Shown piece by piece: positions 63,710 to 64,000 of a stretch of DNA of 64,000 nucleotides. The stretch covers positions 30,504,001-30,568,000 of the forward strand of contig CM060732.1 in assembly GCA_030704615.1 (NCBI GenBank), written 5' to 3'. The translations under genes and the position numbers were made by a program. The stretch comes from Takakia lepidozioides. Lineage: Eukaryota > Plantae > Bryophyta. The first letter of the stretch is position 1; each line of letters starts with the position of its first letter. The notes beneath the pieces are model-generated. The model had not been told where the DNA came from, ran no database searches, and saw only the letters and a program-made list of their open reading frames with translations.

Positions 63710-64000
63710 TCCAGCTCCTTGGTGCAGTAAGTATTTGAGTAGTCAAGAGCTACCCCTTGCTCTTAACCTGTAAAAACCCAGCACTAGCTTATAAACATAA
63801 TTGTCAAAAGTTGAGAAAGTGAAGGACAGAGCACATAAGCACAATTTCAAATGGGCACAACCCTTCCCAAAAATTTTAAAGATGTAGTTTAACCAGAATC
63901 TATACAATTGCTCAATGAAATGATACCTCCAGCGACTATCTGACAGTAATTCACTCGTACAGTCCAGAAAACACAACCCCTAGCCCTAGTGACGTGGTGG

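Noticed and set aside
63976-64000. Telobox-like CCCTAG repeat and TGACGTGG upstream of RMC1
   Set aside because: These motifs are short, imperfect and at the window edge, so they cannot be distinguished from chance.

Overview
Eukaryotic, intron-rich genomic DNA from a streptophyte that retains flagellated cells (bryophyte, lycophyte, fern or charophyte type; inferred from a land-plant-like REC8 next to an axonemal dynein). I assembled three minus-strand genes exon by exon with consistent splice phases. (1) An inner-arm dynein heavy chain, DNAH1/DHC2-like: at least 36 exons, 42864 to 987, running off the left edge. (2) The meiotic cohesin kleisin REC8/SYN1: 20 exons, 54093 to 47112. (3) RMC1/MIC1, regulator of MON1-CCZ1: 11 exons, 63709 to 55373. 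The dynein and RMC1 introns contain a full-length but frameshifted Ty1/copia element (21238-26005) and many 5'-truncated copies of at least three RTEX-like LINE families, often nested. The most unusual element is a 363-bp non-autonomous LTR element (TRIM, 2507-2869). Each of its LTRs carries a tRNA-derived Pol III promoter cassette, and it has a tRNA-iMet PBS, a PPT enclosed in a predicted hairpin loop, and a 5-bp TSD with one mismatch. No prokaryotic features or CRISPR arrays were seen.
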